Below, piece by piece: positions 60,100-64,000 of a stretch of DNA of 64,000 nt; the first letter of the stretch is position 1, and every line of letters begins with the position of its first letter. Origin of the DNA: the human T2T-CHM13v2.0 reference genome, Homo sapiens; NCBI RefSeq assembly GCF_009914755.1, contig NC_060941.1; one strand, given 5' to 3'. The translations under genes were made by a program, and so were the position numbers. The notes under the pieces were generated by a model, which was given only the letters and a program-made list of their open reading frames with translations, was not told where the DNA came from and did not search any database.

Positions 60100-60830
60100 A
60101 GGTGAAGGAGATGCGAGGGGGTAGCAAGGGAAAGGCAGGCGTGGAAGAGGAAGCGAAAGGGCTGGCGGGGCTCTGGGAAGGAAGGGGTTAACCCGGGCTT
60201 CGCCCCGCGGAGGAAAGGGAGGAGTGAACACAGGGGAGGTGGGAACTCGGCGCGGCCTCCCCAAAACAACAGGCCGCCCCGGCAAAGCGTGGGTTAAGGG
60301 GGCGGGCCCGGGGGGAAGCCACGTGCCGGGGCGGAAGGCTATTGGTTCGCCCGGAGTTGTTTGTGAGTGGCCATTGGCGACGTCGAGGCGCCATGACGAG
60401 CCGATTGGCTGGGCGTTGGAATGCCCGCCAGGGCAAGGGTAGGGAGGAGGCGGCCGAACCGCGTCGCTGGGCCGAAAGGTGCGCGAGCGCTGCCCGCGCG
60501 GGGACCACAACCCAAGTCGCGGCCGCCGCAGCCATGCGCTGGGTGTGGGCGCTGCTGAAGAATGCGTCCCTGGCAGGGGCGCCCAAGTACATAGAGCACT
60601 TCAGCAAGTTCTCCCCGTCCCCGCTGTCCATGAAGCAGTTTCTGGACTTCGGTACGGAGTGGGCGGGAGGCGGCTGGCAGCGGAGGCCGGCGGGGCGCTG
60701 GGAGGGGCAGCCGGGGGCTAGGGGGACGGAGGAGAAGAAAGGCCCCGAGTGACAGAGAAGGGTTGTTTGGAAAGGTACAGGCAGGAAAGAGTTAATGGGG
60801 AAGCAGGAACCGGCCGGGGCCTCTCGACGG
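60100..60830 (+). promoter_or_regulatory. PDK2: PDK2 CpG-island promoter: GC boxes, E-box CACGTG (60320), three inverted CCAAT boxes
   Basis: CpG-dense; ATTGG at 60341, 60373 and 60404. Confidence 0.85.
60534..60651 (+). CDS. PDK2: Pyruvate dehydrogenase kinase 2 exon 1 coding part
   Basis: gccATGc; [40 protein letters not shown]; donor gtacgg. Confidence 0.97.
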
Positions 60831-62520
60831 GGCTGCTGATGGGAATGGGGGGCATTTACAAGGACGGTCCCGAGGTTTCTTCGTGGGCCTCATGAAGGGT
60901 CTTGAAGAGTAAGGGGCAGTGAAGCTGTGATGTTACTGCAGGAAGGGAGTAGGGTGGTATCCAGACGCGAAAGGGTTAATGGGAGTTGTCCTCATGACTG
61001 GAGGAGTAGGGGCCCCTCCTCCCACCAGAGGAAACCGGGGGTCTGCTGGTGGGAGTGAGGAGGCAGGGTTTAGAGGTGCAGCCATCTGTAGAGAGACCTG
61101 GACTGGGCATGAAGGGTCAGACACCCCTGGGCAGAGGGTGAGATTAAGCCAGGGGCAGTTGGGGAAGGGGGCTCTTTCAGAAGATGCCATTGGGAGACAG
61201 TGCCCTGACTGGTAGACATCCACCCACAGAAGGAGCTGGACCCTAGCTGCCCCAGTGGGCAAGGACACTTGAAGATCAAATCTGTTCCGGCCTGGCAGCC
61301 TCTCCCCAGCTGGGCAGGGGCCCCAGGCACCGTGATGTGGAGTCAAGCCGCCTATACCTCCCTTGGCTGCCCCAGGGCTGCTAGGTCAGGATCGCCCACT
61401 ACCAGCAACCTGGGGGTGGCCCTGGGGCAGGAGGGAGGCTGTGCCAACGTGGCGGCTGAAATGGGCATTGTGTGGGCCCTGTCTGTCTATGTGGTATTTC
61501 CATGGTGCCAGCTGGGGACTGGGGGTGGGGGGCAGTCTCTCAAGAGTTGAGTTGATAGTGCCTAGCTTGGGTTGCAGCTGCGTCAATGATGGGACGGGAA
61601 CAGAGAGGTGGCAGCCGAGACATAAGGCACCTGTTCCTCAGGACTTGTCTGCCTGCACCCCTGCCCTGCCTGAGTCTTGAGCCTCCCCCATGTAGGAAAG
61701 CCTCCTGGGCCCACCCCTAGCCCCCAGCAGCTGTCCCCACAAACTGCACCCTAATTACAGAAACATCACAGCTGTGAGGGGCTCACAGTAGAGTTTGGTC
61801 AACTTGTAGTACTATGGGGGAAACTGAGACCTTCAAAAGGATGATGGCATGGCCTGGGTGACAGAGTTGGAAGCAGAGCCTGATGGACTGGAACCCAGGG
61901 CCCCTGACCCTGGGCCAAGGCCATATTCGGTCCCCCACCCTTTCCATCTTGACACCAGACAAGGACCGAGGCATTTGGACTCCTGTTCTCAGGCCCGTTT
62001 GCCCCATGGATGGGCATTAAGACACAGCAGCCCCACATGGGCATTCAGGCCAGGCTGGGTGAGGTGGGCTGGCCAGAGACAACACTGGGAGCCTGCAGTG
62101 GTGGTCTAGCCATAGCCCCCCTCAGCCAGAGCCCAGTCCTAGGTAGGGATGGGTTTCCCAGGCTCCTTTGCCCCCTGGAATCAGCCCCTCAAAGTGAGTG
62201 TGCTGGGAGGGAAGGAAAGAGAAGTGAGGTGACTGAGGCCAGAGGCAGCTCCAAATGGGCCCAGGAGTGGCCCTGTCCACTGTGGTTAAAGGCAAGCAGG
62301 GTTCAGCTGGGGATGAGGAGAGGATGACACCTCCTGAAGTGTTAGGCATGGGGTGTAGGTGTTTGAGCCCTGCAGGGGATGGGGAGCCTTGCTGTGTGCC
62401 CCGGGCAGGTCACTTGCTCTCTGAGCCCCCTGTTAATGAAGGGTTTAGCTGACCTGGCCGAGACATCCTTTGGCTTTCATAGTCTGTGGCTCTGTGGCTC
62501 ACCCCTCTTTCTCCTGCCAG

Positions 62521-62662
62521 GATCCAGCAATGCCTGTGAGAAAACCTCCTTCACCTTCCTCAGGCAGGAGCTGCCTGTGCGCCTGGCCAACATCATGAAA
62601 GAGATCAACCTGCTTCCCGACCGAGTGCTGAGCACACCCTCTGTGCAGCTGGTGCAGAGCTG
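62521..62662 (+). CDS. PDK2: PDK2 exon 2 (gene continues beyond window)
   Basis: [47 protein letters not shown]; cag/gtgaga. Confidence 0.97.
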
Positions 62663-64000
62663 GTGAGACCCCTGGCTCAGTCCCTGCACCTCCCACTCCA
62701 TCGCCAGTGTCCCTGGGCTCAGGGATGGCATCTCCAAGCTTTTAGCAGCTTTGAGGGTGGGGTGGGGACAGACAGGAGACACCAAAGCCCCAAGCGCTTG
62801 GAGTTGCCTAGGGTCACGTGGGAATCTGAGGCCAGAGCAGGACTGAGGTCAAGCTCCTAGTCTCTGTGTCTAGCCCTCTTCTTATCACCCACCTTTCTCT
62901 GGAAACACAGGATCCACCTAGGAAAGCATGGTTTTCACAGCCAAAACCCCAATTCAGGCTGATGTCAGCATTAGCCAGCAGCCCAGACCTGGAACTCCAG
63001 TAACTGTTAGGCAGTATTTATTTGGGGGTAACTTTTTGGGAAGCAGAAACAAGAAGTAAGTTTTCAAATACATTATATAACCCAAGCTGCAAGACAGACT
63101 GTTTTGGATGTTGGAAAATACTCAGATACACACAAGGATGGCACAGTACCTTCCCGAAGAGCTTTGGAGGGGCAAAGACCAAACGTTTATTGCGCACTGC
63201 AGCAGGAACAGAGGGAAAGGCTCAGCAGAGTTCACTCAAGAACTCAAGTTAAGTAACTGGATGAAATTAGCCAAAGGCCAGTCACGTGAAGAATAAACAA
63301 GGGTGTCCCTTGTCACTGGGCATGTAAATAGCTAATCCTCATTGACTTTGGTGGCACCCTTGCAGAAATCTTGGGCTGGTTCTTTTGGACTTGCAGTATG
63401 ATATAGTTGTGATTTCCCTGTAGACTGAGGAGCACGTGCCCACATGTATTCTGAGCTCAAAGCCATGCGAAGTCACAGCAGCTGCCCTCAGAGGCCTGTG
63501 ATCTTGAGGGAAAAATAATATTCACCCAGGCAGGGTGAACTGAGTCCAGCATAGTGCTAGGAGCAGGGAGCTGCCAAAGAGTTCGTTTTATTTAAATTAG
63601 GAATCCAAACATTATTTTAAAAGAACACTGATATTTTTCCCTCATTGTGGAAGTGTAACAGGTTCACTTGACACTTGCAAAATGCACAATAGTAGATAGA
63701 AGAAAATGCCAACCACTCCCCTCCACCCCCTAACCGAACACAGTTCAGTTTCGTCAGATGTAGTGGTGCCTTTCCAGCGCTGTTTTCTATGCATGGACCT
63801 GTGGATATGGGGCTTATTCTAATTAAATGAGATATGGTGAGGGGCAGTGTTGTACACACAAGGCTAGGGGTGTAGTGGGTGCACCATGAATGTTTGTTGA
63901 ATGACACGTTGTGGGGCAGTTGCTATGGACATGCAGAGGAGGTGACTTGTCACTGGACCTTACAGGGTACCTAGGCAAGCTGAGAGCTAAAAGGAAGGGA

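Overview
Human (primate) genomic DNA: the ITGA3 locus. The + strand carries the complete integrin alpha-3 gene. I traced 26 exons, all with GT-AG boundaries and consistent phases (ATG 19905; alpha3A stop 53439, 1051 aa; alpha3B stop 54369, 1066 aa; AATAAA 55564). It is followed by the CpG-island promoter and first two coding exons of PDK2 (ATG 60534). Upstream of ITGA3 are a probable divergent minus-strand lncRNA (PICART1-like, about 13814-19204) and a repeat-rich region of nested L1/Alu and LTR-like elements. Almost all other ORFs in the track are Alu/L1 or GC-rich artefacts. I see no novel multi-gene system. The most unusual structures are: (1) a ~165-bp non-Alu inverted duplication, with one copy in PDK2 upstream sequence and the other inside an L2 relic 1.45 kb away; (2) a ~2.3-kb AT-rich minisatellite in ITGA3 intron 23 lying between an Alu and its target-site duplication, so apparently grown from the Alu tail; (3) an in-frame, stop-free ITGA3 intron 13; (4) an in-frame upstream ATG for PDK2; (5) several compact transcription-factor motif clusters (tandem octamers, tandem AP-1/ARE, ETS:AP-1, CTCF, triple CCAAT). 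Repeat family names and boundaries are by eye and approximate.
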